Virus record (IMG/VR): IMGVR_UViG_2806311071_000002
Location: 1 to 64,000 of that record
Direction: 5' to 3' (one strand)
DNA from: a virus
Lineage: Duplodnaviria > Caudoviricetes
DNA length: 64,000 nucleotides
Position 1 is the first letter of the stretch. Each line of letters begins with the position of its first letter. The notes beneath the pieces were generated by a model, which searched no databases, was not told the DNA's origin, and worked only from the letters and a program-made list of their open reading frames with translations. The position numbers and the translations under genes were made by a program. This document shows, piece by piece, positions 41,149 to 51,301 of the stretch.

Positions 41149-42028
41149 TCAAAATAACCCCTCTTCCTTTGCAGCATTCACATTCGACTAAAGGCTCGTT
41201 GATTTTGGCCATCAGATCATCTAAAAATTTCTTAATATTACTCTTTAAATCTTCAACGTCCTTTCCACTAAACGGTTCTACAATTGGGTAGCTCTGATAG
41301 GCTTTAGGTGCAACATTGTAAATTTCAACTTCCCGCTTTGTTTGAAATCTTTTCTCAAGTTTAGGCTTTCTCCGTTTGTACATTGCATTAAGATCAACTA
41401 TATACTCGTGAGGTTTGTAAAGCTCCAAAACTTTGACCACAGTAAAACAGAAATCATAATCACTCGTGACTCTTGCAAGTTTAGGGTTTATATTGGCTTT
41501 TATATGGTTTCTGATAATCTTATAGCTTTCTTCTCGGGACAGGTGACACGGCTTTGTTTCAAGAAGCATTGGATGAGTTTGAATTCTATCCAGTAAGTTA
41601 TAATTCAAGTTAAAATTATGACTTTGCAGCTTAAGTTCTCCGTCAATCTCTTCAATTACGTTCATTTCAAACTCAATTTTTTCATTTTGTTGTGGGACTT
41701 CTTCAAATTTCAAATCATATAGACCTTTTACTTCGTAGTATTCACTTTCTTCATCTATGTATGAAACATTAATTACTTGTGGTGTCAGATCAGTTTCCTG
41801 GAATCCCTCTTTTAATTCATACCTATGATTGATTTTTTTAGTTGGCATTTGCTTTTCAATAACACTTGGTTCCTTATCCAGCTTAAACCAGTCTGACTTA
41901 TACGTTTTAGCTGCTTGTTTCCCATCGAAAAGCAATTCATCTAATTGACTATGAAAATATCTCTTGTCTTCAATGTTGTCAGAAACCAAAAAACAGTTAT
42001 TAGTTTTAATACCAATTAGCTTCATCAA
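41138..42028 (-). CDS. Hypothetical phage protein with C-terminal CxxCxGxG
   Basis: 296-aa ORF. Confidence 0.75.
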   Translation of the reverse strand: MMKLIGIKTNNCFLVSDNIEDKRYFHSQLDELLFDGKQAAKTYKSDWFKLDKEPSVIEKQMPTKKINHRYELKEGFQETDLTPQVINVSYIDEESEYYEVKGLYDLKFEEVPQQNEKIEFEMNVIEEIDGELKLQSHNFNLNYNLLDRIQTHPMLLETKPCHLSREESYKIIRNHIKANINPKLARVTSDYDFCFTVVKVLELYKPHEYIVDLNAMYKRRKPKLEKRFQTKREVEIYNVAPKAYQSYPIVEPFSGKDVEDLKSNIKKFLDDLMAKINEPLVECECCKGRGVILNEY

Positions 42029-42109
42029 AATCTCCCTTTATTGATTTTATTTTTATCCTTATAAAATTCCTGTTTTATCTTCATCGATGCTATCTGTTCT
42101 CTCTAATTA

Positions 42110-42325
42110 TCATACACTTATTTTATTTTTATCAAATAAATCAATTATGTAAGCCTCGTACATCTCATCCCAATAGGGATCTGTTCTAGCTATGTATTTC
42201 GTTACCTTCCCATTTTCCTCAATCTTAAAAGTTTGCCCCTTTTTAATATCAGTGAACTTCTTCTTTGTCCATATCCCTCTAATTAACACATCCACTTCTT
42301 TAACCTCAACTGTTTGCTGCTTCAT
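42110..42325 (-). CDS. Hypothetical protein
   Basis: AGGAGG RBS before (V)MKQQTV. Confidence 0.6.
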   Translation of the reverse strand: MKQQTVEVKEVDVLIRGIWTKKKFTDIKKGQTFKIEENGKVTKYIARTDPYWDEMYEAYIIDLFDKNKISV

Positions 42326-42395
42326 CACATTCCTCCTTTTTGATTTTCGTGTATCAAGCCTGTACAATATTCAAAAACCCTAAAGGATGATGAAC

Positions 42396-43070
42396 ATGTG
42401 TGGCAGGTTCACTTTATTCTCTGAGTTCGATGACATCATTGCGCAATTCAATATAGATCAATTTTTGTCTGAAGACGAATACCATCCAAGCTATAACGTT
42501 GCCCCTTCACAAAACATCCTGACAATCATTAATGATGGATCAAACAATCGTCTAGGCAAGCTTAGATGGGGTCTTATTCCTCCTTGGGCTAAGGATGAAA
42601 AGATCGGGTATAAAATGATTAATGCTCGTGCTGAAACATTGGCCGAGAAACCCAGCTTTCGAAAGCCACTCGTAAGCAAACGTTGTATCATCCCAGCTGA
42701 CAGTTTTTATGAATGGAAGCGTCTTGATCCAAAGACTAAGATTCCTATGCGTATTAAGCTCAAATCCTCCAATCTCTTTGCTTTTGCCGGCTTATATGAA
42801 AAGTGGAACACGTCAGAAGGCAATCCGTTGTATACTTGCACAATCATCACAACAAAGCCCAATGAGCTTATGGAAGACATCCATGATCGGATGCCAGTTA
42901 TCCTTACTGATGAGAACAAAAAGGAATGGCTTAACCCCAAAAACACCGATCCTGATTATCTTCAAAGCTTACTGCTGCCGTATGACGCTGTTGACATGGA
43001 AGCTTATCAAGTTTCATCCTTAGTTAACTCACCTAAAAACAACTCACCTGAGCTCATTGAATCCCATTAA
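42396..43070 (+). CDS. yoqW: SRAP/HMCES abasic-site protection protein
   Basis: MCGRF N-terminus; INARAET, FYEW and HDRMP motifs. Confidence 0.95.
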   Translation: MCGRFTLFSEFDDIIAQFNIDQFLSEDEYHPSYNVAPSQNILTIINDGSNNRLGKLRWGLIPPWAKDEKIGYKMINARAETLAEKPSFRKPLVSKRCIIPADSFYEWKRLDPKTKIPMRIKLKSSNLFAFAGLYEKWNTSEGNPLYTCTIITTKPNELMEDIHDRMPVILTDENKKEWLNPKNTDPDYLQSLLLPYDAVDMEAYQVSSLVNSPKNNSPELIESH

Positions 43071-43139
43071 GTACCACAGTCATTTTGCTTTATATATCAC
43101 CTTCGCTTAGCTATTATGTTCTAAGTAGGAGGTGATATT

Positions 43140-43952
43140 TTGTTTGTATCGCCAATGTTATTACATTCAATCAAAGAACCATTTGATGACGATGGTTATA
43201 TTACCGAGCTTAAATTTGATGGAATTAGACTGATCCTCTCCAAGTTTAATGATCAGATAAAGCTTTATACTCGTCACAACAATGAGGTAACAAGCAAGTT
43301 CCCAGAACTCTTGGATCTTGATATACCCAATGGAACTGTTTTAGACGGCGAAATCATTGTTGCTGCCCCAGGAGGCGCTCCAGATTTCGAAGCTGTAATG
43401 GAACGCTTTATGTCTAAGAAATCAGCTCATAAGGTGGTTTACTGTGTATTCGATGTAATTTATATTGAAGGACAACCAATCGCTAATAAGCCGCTCATTG
43501 AACGTAAAAACGTCCTTTTACACCTTAACCTTGACCACGATAATGTATTTGTTATTGAAGGTTTACAAGGAAACGGATTAGCTTATTTTAATCTGGCCAA
43601 AGAAAAGCATCTTGAAGGAATCGTACTAAAGAAAGCCAACTCCCCTTATGAAATCAATAAACGTTCCCATAGCTGGCTGAAAGTGATTAATTATGATTAC
43701 ACAGATGTGCTTATCACTGGCTACACCAAAGAGGATATAAAGTTTCTTCTGTCTTATCCTGATGGTACTGCAGCTGGATTTATGGAATTCGTGCCGAACG
43801 CAGAACGAAGTAAATTCCACTCTATGAAACATGTAAAGTCTGAAACTGACGAATATGTATTTGTAGAACCAATCTTATGTAAGGTTAAACACAGATTTAA
43901 GACTAAGCATGGCAAACTCCGTATACCTTCCTTTGAATCCTGGAGAGTCTAA
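43140..43952 (+). CDS. ligB: ATP-dependent DNA ligase
   Basis: ELKFDGIR, LDGEI, FDV, EGIVLK and WLKV motifs. Confidence 0.93.
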   Translation: MFVSPMLLHSIKEPFDDDGYITELKFDGIRLILSKFNDQIKLYTRHNNEVTSKFPELLDLDIPNGTVLDGEIIVAAPGGAPDFEAVMERFMSKKSAHKVVYCVFDVIYIEGQPIANKPLIERKNVLLHLNLDHDNVFVIEGLQGNGLAYFNLAKEKHLEGIVLKKANSPYEINKRSHSWLKVINYDYTDVLITGYTKEDIKFLLSYPDGTAAGFMEFVPNAERSKFHSMKHVKSETDEYVFVEPILCKVKHRFKTKHGKLRIPSFESWRV

Positions 43953-44169
43953 CCTCTCCGTTACATAATTCCTTAATGTCTCTTTCTTAACAAAATTCAA
44001 AATCTATTACATTAACACTTTAAGTTAGTTCTATTCCATCTCAATCCACTTATAATATTTCCCTATATGACAATCAAAGCGCCAACCATCCTCAATGACT
44101 TTCGTATGACTATTCTTATATTTCGAGTGATTTAATAACACCCTAGGAGAAAACATTATTCTCTGCCAA

Positions 44170-44367
44170 TTAAATAATTCTTTCATTTTTCATACCCCTT
44201 TCCTTGTGAATTTTCACTTTTGATAACAATGTTATCTTTACAGTTCGTTCAATTAAATATTCTGCATTGCAGTAATCGCATTTTACTCTAAATTCAAGAG
44301 ATGGCTCATAAACAATGGTTTCTCCACAAATCTCACAAGGAAAAACATCTTCATTAATTGTCCCCAT
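44170..44367 (-). CDS. Small Zn-ribbon protein
   Basis: CEICG...CDYC. Confidence 0.6.
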   Translation of the reverse strand: MGTINEDVFPCEICGETIVYEPSLEFRVKCDYCNAEYLIERTVKITLLSKVKIHKERGMKNERII

Positions 44368-44534
44368 AAATAAATCACATCCTTTAAAATAACTATTTTA
44401 TTTTGATCCCTAAATAATTTACCAAATATCATAGCCCACAAAATCATTTAAAATATTCGTCATTTCCTCATTCTCTTCTTCTGTCAATCCATATTCATCA
44501 AGTCTCTTTAAATAATCTTCTCGTTCGTTCTTGG

Positions 44535-45362
44535 TCAATTCCTTTCCTCCTTTAATTCCACATTAATATTCAATACTTTTGCAATCCGTTTACCCACCTC
44601 ATCGGAAACTGTTTGTGACACCCTTTCTTTAAATCCATGTAGTAGCTGACCTCCGTTTTCAAAACCTTCTGCAATAAGTGATTCAATCTTTTCTCCCGCA
44701 ATTCTATCCAGTTTTCCTGACTTAGACATCTTCTGAACTTCATTAGAAACCGCAATGCTAATCATATCTTGTACATCTTGTATTGAAATACCTAATTCAT
44801 TATGTATGTAGTTTTTGACTTCTTTGTATGCACTATTTTTATTTTCAAAGGTCTTCTTATGTTTACCTAATGGGACGAGGACACGGTATTCATCGCCAAA
44901 CACCAACCCAATAGTTTCTACGCTTACGTCTCCAGCAGAATGGCGTGATTTTACCGTTCCAACTCTCCCTGTATCATAATCGTCCCCTATTACTCCGTCA
45001 GGCCTAACAATGATAATCTTCTCGCCTACTTCCCCCTCACGTTCGACCATTTCGTAGCGTCGACCGTCAATGTGCACGATGTTGGTAGGTTCGAGAACGT
45101 GGTATTCTTCGCGGTAGATAAGTCCGTCGCAATTAATACCAGATGAGGCTGCGTCGCTGTGTACGTCTCCGTCCATTCTGTGATGAGTGTGATTTACTGT
45201 AAAAATATCGCCGATTTCGTAACCTTCATCGAACTCCTCTTTCCCAATAATTACGATCTTCTCACCGACCTCCGCCTTCCGATCGACCTCAACGTATTCA
45301 CGCTTGATGCCACCTAGTTTTTCGTCAACCAGTACGTGAATTTTAGCGTTAGTTTCCGTCAT
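44535..45362 (-). CDS. Chimeric hypothetical protein: two tandem SH3-like repeats plus a helical C-terminus
   Basis: Repeats R.Y..V.R..EVGEKI.I...EY.VL; GC content drops after ~44870. Confidence 0.7.
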   Translation of the reverse strand: MTETNAKIHVLVDEKLGGIKREYVEVDRKAEVGEKIVIIGKEEFDEGYEIGDIFTVNHTHHRMDGDVHSDAASSGINCDGLIYREEYHVLEPTNIVHIDGRRYEMVEREGEVGEKIIIVRPDGVIGDDYDTGRVGTVKSRHSAGDVSVETIGLVFGDEYRVLVPLGKHKKTFENKNSAYKEVKNYIHNELGISIQDVQDMISIAVSNEVQKMSKSGKLDRIAGEKIESLIAEGFENGGQLLHGFKERVSQTVSDEVGKRIAKVLNINVELKEERN

Positions 45363-45554
45363 TTATTCCGTCTCCTTTTCTACTTTGAAAATCATGTCTG
45401 TCTTACAAGTGGGACACGCGTCATTTAGGATAGTAAAACCGTCGTAATCGCATGTAGTTGTCTTTCTCTTTTCACTAGATCCGAAAATATGCCCGTTAAT
45501 ACATTCGTACTTTTGTTCTTTAGCTTCGAAATTAAGTCCACAACCTAATAACAA
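45363..45554 (-). CDS. Small Cys-rich protein
   Basis: CINGH...CPTC. Confidence 0.5.
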   Translation of the reverse strand: MLLGCGLNFEAKEQKYECINGHIFGSSEKRKTTTCDYDGFTILNDACPTCKTDMIFKVEKETE

Positions 45555-45599
45555 AACCGTAACGATAACTACTCCCCAAATAATAGAAAACGCCTCCCG

Positions 45600-45683
45600 T
45601 TAATTTACTACGTGCACCTGCACCGACTGCTGGCCGAACTGTACTGCGTCGGCTTCTCGCGCAACAAATACGTCAATCTTGGC
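45600..45683 (-). pseudogene. C-terminal remnant of a 3D-domain gene
   Basis: Manual translation AKIDVFVAREADAVQFGQQSVQVHVVN*, parallel to RIDILMNTEDEARLFGRKAVKVKVL of 25981-26736. Confidence 0.6.
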
Positions 45684-45819
45684 GAAATTCTTTCCAAAAA
45701 TGCGGACTCAACTGCGTATGTGCGATTAGCTGTACATTCATATCGGATTCCAAAATATAACCCTACTAGTGATTTATAGTATAATGAACTCGCAAACTAA
45801 ATAAGAAAGGAAGATATGA

Positions 45820-46188
45820 ATGAAATTGAATCGGGATTGCATGAGAGATGTACTACTAACTGTGGAAGAAGAGGTTGGTTTTAAAGACAGTGTATCCATC
45901 CAAACCCTCCACACATTCCCTAGACTGAAAGAATATAAACTTGTCGACATTTTTTATTGCGTTGAAAAATTAATGGAAGCTAGATTTGTCGTAGGGATTA
46001 CATACAAAGGTGGCGCTGGTGTTTCTGAGCTAACGTTCAAAGGTCATGAGTTCATAGAATCTATTCGAGATGACGATGTTTGGAACAAGACTAAGAACGA
46101 ATTAGGAAAAGTCGGTGGAGCCACATTGCCTATCATCGTTGAACTAGCCACTAGTTTTTTAAAAACTAAACTAGGTCTCACTGTCTAA
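45820..46188 (+). CDS. DUF2513-family winged-helix protein (moron)
   Basis: MKLNRDCMRDVLL...LTFKGHEFIESIRDDDVW motif. Confidence 0.85.
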   Translation: MKLNRDCMRDVLLTVEEEVGFKDSVSIQTLHTFPRLKEYKLVDIFYCVEKLMEARFVVGITYKGGAGVSELTFKGHEFIESIRDDDVWNKTKNELGKVGGATLPIIVELATSFLKTKLGLTV

Positions 46189-46960
46189 CCCCGCTACTCC
46201 CGAAGCCGCCTGCACCTCGATCGCTATCGCCGAGCGTATCAACTTCCGTAAACGCCACCTGCTCGACCGGCTTGATTACGGCTTGGGCGATACGGTCGCC
46301 TTTTCGGATGATGTACGAACCTTTCGCAAAATGATCCCAAGCTCCGAGGTAATCGAGAGCACTGACGATTTTATCTCTGATATCGAAAAGAAAGTCCTTT
46401 TCAATATCTGTATAACGATTAATATTGTCGACGATCACTCCGACCTCTCCTCGATAGCCCGAATCAACTGTTCCGAGTTGCACACGCAGTCTAGTATTCA
46501 GCGTAATGCCCGAGCGCGGTCGGATCTGCATTTCGTAAGTATGAGCTTCTGAAGTGTAGTGATGCCTATTTAATTTTATATGAGTCTTCGCTTCTGCTTT
46601 GGTCAAAAACATTGTATCCGGCCGTACAATATGAACCTTTCGTTCTGGAATTAATTCTGCTTCTTCATCAATGTATTTTTGAATCCACTCAATAGGATCG
46701 TCAAAGTCGCCCTTTTTCAACTCAGTTAAAGCTTCCTTAGAGAGCTCACTATCTTCTTTTAAATCTTCTAAATAATCATCTAAAACATATGCTTCTGCAA
46801 TATATGGCAGGTATACAGAATACCGTTCTGCGTTTTCTTCCCGAACTTCGACCCATTCATAATCGCCAACTGTCCAGAAACGTGGTGCAGCTTGACAGTC
46901 GCTGTCTTGATTTTTCAACTCTTGCTGAAGTTCTTTTAAAAACTGAATATCTTGATTCAT
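46178..46960 (-). CDS. Fusion of an unknown acidic phage protein (~140 aa) to the C-terminal part of a dUTPase
   Basis: RPRSG, GTVDSGYRGE, GDRIAQ and RGAGGFGSSG present; dUTPase motif 1 absent. Confidence 0.8.
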   Translation of the reverse strand: MNQDIQFLKELQQELKNQDSDCQAAPRFWTVGDYEWVEVREENAERYSVYLPYIAEAYVLDDYLEDLKEDSELSKEALTELKKGDFDDPIEWIQKYIDEEAELIPERKVHIVRPDTMFLTKAEAKTHIKLNRHHYTSEAHTYEMQIRPRSGITLNTRLRVQLGTVDSGYRGEVGVIVDNINRYTDIEKDFLFDIRDKIVSALDYLGAWDHFAKGSYIIRKGDRIAQAVIKPVEQVAFTEVDTLGDSDRGAGGFGSSGVRQ

Positions 46961-47083
46961 TCGCTTCCTCCTATCTGTTTAAAATCACGATTTTAATTTA
47001 ACTTTAATGTGTATCATCTTGAGAAAATCCCCTTTAATTGGTAAGCTGACACCAGATCATACTTATACAAGGCAGGTGATGTC

Positions 47084-47458
47084 ATGAATAAAATAATCGG
47101 AATGGCTGGATTAATTATCTCCTTACTTGTGTCAGGGTTTTCAGCAAGTGATTCATTGACTCAAAAGATCGCTATGGCTTGTCTATTTTTGTTCTTATTG
47201 ATTTATAATTTTGAACATACTAAGGAGTTCTCTAAAAAATCTTTGGCTATTATAGGCTCTTCCTTCATTGTATTAATGCTTGGAATTTATCAATTGCTCT
47301 CTATAACTGGTGATTATTTTAAGAGCCATGGCTTAAATATGGGCCTTATCATCTTACTTGAGATTGTCTTAGTTATTGTATTAGTGACTGCTGCGCTGAG
47401 TTTAATCAAGTATATGGCTGATCGGTTAAGGAAAACACCTGTTGGTAAAGAGCTTTGA
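47084..47458 (+). CDS. Four-TM membrane protein (YoqO-like)
   Basis: Hydrophobic segments; own RBS and terminator. Confidence 0.7.
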   Translation: MNKIIGMAGLIISLLVSGFSASDSLTQKIAMACLFLFLLIYNFEHTKEFSKKSLAIIGSSFIVLMLGIYQLLSITGDYFKSHGLNMGLIILLEIVLVIVLVTAALSLIKYMADRLRKTPVGKEL

Positions 47459-47471
47459 CTCTTTGCCTTTT

Positions 47472-47696
47472 TTAAGCTAAATATTTCTTTTTATGCCGTC
47501 TTCTATGTACAAAATCAAATGCGATATCAACTTTAACTTTTGTTGGTTCCTTCACCTCTGGTGCTACTCGCTCCGTAACAACAATCAGTTGTCCATTTTC
47601 CTGGCGGTCAATGCTCTGGACTGAATATCCTTTAGCAGCGTAATATTCTCCAATAATCTCATCAACGTGGTTGCTATGCAGATTTGCCTTTATCAT
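47472..47696 (-). CDS. Hypothetical protein
   Basis: GGAGG RBS before MIKANL. Confidence 0.6.
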   Translation of the reverse strand: MIKANLHSNHVDEIIGEYYAAKGYSVQSIDRQENGQLIVVTERVAPEVKEPTKVKVDIAFDFVHRRRHKKKYLA

Positions 47697-47881
47697 TCGA
47701 ATAACCTCCACTTATTTTATTTTTATCCTTATTTCTTCTATATGTATTCCATCCGCAGCCGTCAAACATGCTTATGTCCGCACCCAGATGCCATTTAAAC
47801 CAAACTAAGTTAAACCAGGCTGTGTCAATTATGTGCTTTAAATATCCTATGCGCCTTCCTCCTTTCAATGAAATAATCCTT

Positions 47882-48073
47882 TTATTGTGATTTATTTTCC
47901 AACGCTTTTAATTCTTCTTCATACAAAGGTAGAATAGCCTTTTCGGCTTCGCCCCTAGACACACCATGCTGCTCCATATATGTAACAATATCCATTCCAA
48001 TGTTATTTCCTAGCTCGGTTTCCCAAACTATGTGATCAGCCATAGCAAGATTTCCATCCATTAAGTAGTTCAT
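47882..48073 (-). CDS. Hypothetical protein
   Basis: AGGGG RBS; bounded by palindrome copies. Confidence 0.6.
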   Translation of the reverse strand: MNYLMDGNLAMADHIVWETELGNNIGMDIVTYMEQHGVSRGEAEKAILPLYEEELKALENKSQ

Positions 48074-48176
48074 CCCCTTTCTATATAAAACAGTCTTTTA
48101 TTACGATTCTGTAGCCTAAATTAAAAATCTCTTTCCTTCTTGGTTACAATTGAAACAGCCAAGTCAAGATTAACTA

Positions 48177-48515
48177 TTACTTTCTTTCATACATTTGTAT
48201 AACTTGATGTGCTTCGTGCTCTGAAATCAGACCGCCCCCATTAAAACGCCTAACTATTTTTCGTTTTGCTTTACTGAGTGGAGACAAGCCATGTTTTTTG
48301 AACAGAGTCACGATATATTGTTTTTGTTTTGGTGTAATGAAATGAGGACTATATACTCGGTCATCTTGTCGCAAATAAGCTTGTAGGTTAGCCTTTAACT
48401 GTTCGCCTTGTCTTACTGCCATATGAAGATACATATTTTCTTTATAGACATCTTTCATATGATCGACTTGCCTTTTTAAATTTTCATTTTCTTCCCTTAA
48501 TTGTGATTCCGTCAT
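48177..48515 (-). CDS. Hypothetical protein
   Basis: GGAGGG RBS. Confidence 0.65.
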   Translation of the reverse strand: MTESQLREENENLKRQVDHMKDVYKENMYLHMAVRQGEQLKANLQAYLRQDDRVYSPHFITPKQKQYIVTLFKKHGLSPLSKAKRKIVRRFNGGGLISEHEAHQVIQMYERK

Positions 48516-48546
48516 CTTTATTTCCCTCCGTTATTTCATATGTTTG

Positions 48547-48801
48547 TTATGATTTAATTTCAACAATTAGACTGTCTGGATAGTTCTTCAAATCAAGTGC
48601 GTTCACATGACAGTGTCCTACATGGCCTTCTTTATCAATGTAAGTATAGAAGAACTTTTCCCCATTATTGATGATAACTTCACCATGGTGCGTATACTCC
48701 ATCTCTGAACCCTTATACCAGATCACTTTAACTTCAGTTCCTGGTTGGATTTTATCCGGGTCAAATATTGTTACTTCTTTTAGCAAGTTCATTTTCTCCA
48801 T
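48547..48801 (-). CDS. Hypothetical protein
   Basis: GGGGG RBS before MEKMN. Confidence 0.6.
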   Translation of the reverse strand: MEKMNLLKEVTIFDPDKIQPGTEVKVIWYKGSEMEYTHHGEVIINNGEKFFYTYIDKEGHVGHCHVNALDLKNYPDSLIVEIKS

Positions 48802-48844
48802 TTTTATTCCCCCGATGCTCATTTAACTTCAATTAGATTCTGTT

Positions 48845-49048
48845 TTAATCCCAATTAAAATGTTTGGGTCTAGCGACAAATTCGTAGTTCTCCTCCCAAT
48901 CAAATTGTTTTAAACCATCTTCTTCAAATTCCCAGCATTCACCTAGTAAAGGATCATCTAATTCAGGAACTCTTTTCTTTAAAGTTCGAAGTTTGTTGAA
49001 ATGACTAGCTGTTTTTAATTTAACTTTATCCATTGGTGCAAACTTCAT
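48845..49048 (-). CDS. Hypothetical protein
   Basis: ORF in operon. Confidence 0.55.
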   Translation of the reverse strand: MKFAPMDKVKLKTASHFNKLRTLKKRVPELDDPLLGECWEFEEDGLKQFDWEENYEFVARPKHFNWD

Positions 49049-49287
49049 TTTTTCATCTACTTTCTTTTAATTTTTCTAATTTCAAAACGCCATTTATATG
49101 CATCTGAGCCAATTCGATCGAATAACTTTTTCTTGCTTTTGTTTTTGATGGTTCTGATATTCCAAAACAAAACTTTCGTGATCGTGTATTATATCCTCCA
49201 TATAAAACATCATTCTCCATTTAAATCCTCCCTTTCTCAATAAAGTTTTATTTTTAATCTAATTCCCTCATGTTTTCCCACTCCCAA

Positions 49288-49974
49288 TTAGGAGATTTGG
49301 CTAAATAAAAAGTGTTCATCTTTAAATCCATAGGTTTCACTGAAAAGCATATTGCCGTACCTATCATCATTGTCTGACCAATGTTTAATTCTGTCGGAAA
49401 CTTCCACGAAGCGTTTCATTCCTTTTGCATCTACCACTATATAAACGAACCAGTAATCAGATTTCCTTGTTGCACAACCGGAAAGTTTAATAAACTCACT
49501 ACTTTTTTCCGGGTTGAAGCCCTTTCTCCATCCTTTAACAACTTGCCATTCACGCTCAAAAGCCGTTATAGACTGGTTCTCCTTGAATGGTTGCTTTTTG
49601 AAATCTGCTGTCTCTTTAGTAAAACCCTTGGCATCGATTTTATCTCTTTCATACCTTTGTGTCTTAGCGTGTTTTATTGGGATATCCTTTAATTGAGTAA
49701 TGTCTGTTCTTTGAAGCTCCTCTTTGCTAATAAATGAAATAACCTTCCCGTTTTTTAAAACCACATTTGGCAAAAATTCTAACTTGCAATTTGAGCACCT
49801 CTCGTTAAACCAATCATCTTCGACATATAAGCCTTCTGGCGCTCCTGAAACAACATCCCCCAACTCATAGTCTAATAGTAAGCATTCACCCCATTTAAAC
49901 TGAACCTCTGCGTTTTGGATTGCAGAACAGTTAGGACATTTGATCTGACCAACAAAGGTATCAAACATTCCCAT
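49288..49974 (-). CDS. Hypothetical protein with N-terminal Zn finger
   Basis: MGMFD...CPNC...QFK...CSNC; bounded by palindromes at 49240 and 49995. Confidence 0.7.
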   Translation of the reverse strand: MGMFDTFVGQIKCPNCSAIQNAEVQFKWGECLLLDYELGDVVSGAPEGLYVEDDWFNERCSNCKLEFLPNVVLKNGKVISFISKEELQRTDITQLKDIPIKHAKTQRYERDKIDAKGFTKETADFKKQPFKENQSITAFEREWQVVKGWRKGFNPEKSSEFIKLSGCATRKSDYWFVYIVVDAKGMKRFVEVSDRIKHWSDNDDRYGNMLFSETYGFKDEHFLFSQIS

Positions 49975-50012
49975 TCAATCGCCATCCTTTTTTAATAAAA
50001 TGCATCTTTTAA

Positions 50013-50441
50013 TCACTTCTTTGTAGCATAGCTTTCAAAGAATACTTCAACTGATCTTAGGTAACGGTATTTATTTGGATCTTCCGGATTTCTGAATCTT
50101 TTCGATAGCACCAATGACCAATTAAACATCAATGGGGAAAACCTCGCCCATTTGCTAAAGCTTAACTGAAGACCTTTCCATTCTCTTCCCGCTAATTCTG
50201 CTAATTCCAGAATTTGATCTTCTTTTAAATTCACTTCTTCTTCAAACATCACTTGAATTTCTTCGTATGGCTTATGCCCAAAACAACAATGACGTGTTTT
50301 CAATCCAATCTTGAAATTTAAAATATCAATTAAATTAATCATTTGTGTACCAAGCTCATCATATGGAATACCATTTTTGAGGAACTTTTCTCTTTGGTTT
50401 AGTTTCATATTATCTTTCAATAGCAGATCAAAAGAATTCAT
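50013..50441 (-). CDS. Hypothetical SPbeta-type protein
   Basis: GIPYDEL...[11 protein letters not shown] segment. Confidence 0.7.
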   Translation of the reverse strand: MNSFDLLLKDNMKLNQREKFLKNGIPYDELGTQMINLIDILNFKIGLKTRHCCFGHKPYEEIQVMFEEEVNLKEDQILELAELAGREWKGLQLSFSKWARFSPLMFNWSLVLSKRFRNPEDPNKYRYLRSVEVFFESYATKK

Positions 50442-50461
50442 ACTCACTCCGCGCCCTCCTA

Positions 50462-50659
50462 TCACATGATAACTTGGCTAACACTTACACCATCCATTTT
50501 TATTCCTTCATATTCGTGCTTTATTCTCTGCTTATTATTGATTGAACCAATTTCACCTTTGCCGAAACAATCAACGCAAGGAATATCCTTGTCATAAAAT
50601 TTCCTCCCGTCTTCAACCCATGTAGCGTATCCTGTACCTTCGCAAACTGTGCACTTCAT
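50462..50659 (-). CDS. Small DnaJ-type Zn-finger protein
   Basis: CTVCEGTG...CVDCFGKG. Confidence 0.65.
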   Translation of the reverse strand: MKCTVCEGTGYATWVEDGRKFYDKDIPCVDCFGKGEIGSINNKQRIKHEYEGIKMDGVSVSQVIM

Positions 50660-50970
50660 AACTCAGCGTCCTCCTTCACGATATATCCCTTTAAAATTGC
50701 CTTATTAAGATCATAAGCATGCAAGCTGTTCAACGGTTCAAACAATCCAGTCCACGGATAAGTAACACCCATATTAATACCCAGTTGTTTCCCGACGAAT
50801 TGAAGGCGTGCAAACTCTTTTTTATCTCCTTTGGACAACGCGTTCACTCTTTCGGGTTCAGCATCAGCCATTTTTAAATAAAACATCATGCCTTCATCAA
50901 TAGCCCGCGCCTGTTCCCATGTGACCTCAACCTTATCGTTTGTTTTGATTGTGATTTTTGTCTTTGTCAT
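50656..50970 (-). CDS. Hypothetical protein
   Basis: Translationally coupled. Confidence 0.65.
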   Translation of the reverse strand: MTKTKITIKTNDKVEVTWEQARAIDEGMMFYLKMADAEPERVNALSKGDKKEFARLQFVGKQLGINMGVTYPWTGLFEPLNSLHAYDLNKAILKGYIVKEDAEL

Positions 50971-51089
50971 TCCGCACCCTCCAATACTTCACCTGGAATC
51001 ATAGTCCCGCACTCCGGGCATTCGTAAATGTCCATATGCCATAGTTCTAATTCACTTTCGCCGCAGCTAGGGCAAATAATATCTTCCAT
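50967..51089 (-). CDS. 40-aa Zn-ribbon protein (below ORF-track cutoff)
   Basis: Manual translation MEDIICPSCGESELELWHMDIYECPECGTMIPGEVLEGAE*. Confidence 0.6.
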   Translation of the reverse strand: MEDIICPSCGESELELWHMDIYECPECGTMIPGEVLEGAE

Positions 51090-51301
51090 CACTCCGCGTC
51101 CACCTTCTTCCGTCGCATCGAATTGACAAGCGTTTGAATTTCTCTTGTGATCCGCTCAGCCTCTTTTGCGCCTTGATCTATCACATTGAGTCTGTTTCGC
51201 TTTCTGTAAATCACCGCGTCATGCATGACATTGTTCACCTGTTCGTTCAATTCATCAAACAGATTGAAAAGTTGAATTGTTTTATCTTTGTATGCCATCA
51301 C
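51089..51301 (-). CDS. Hypothetical helical protein flanked by 16-bp direct repeats
   Basis: CCATCACTCCGCGTCC at 51086-51101 and 51295-51310. Confidence 0.6.
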   Translation of the reverse strand: MMAYKDKTIQLFNLFDELNEQVNNVMHDAVIYRKRNRLNVIDQGAKEAERITREIQTLVNSMRRKKVDAE

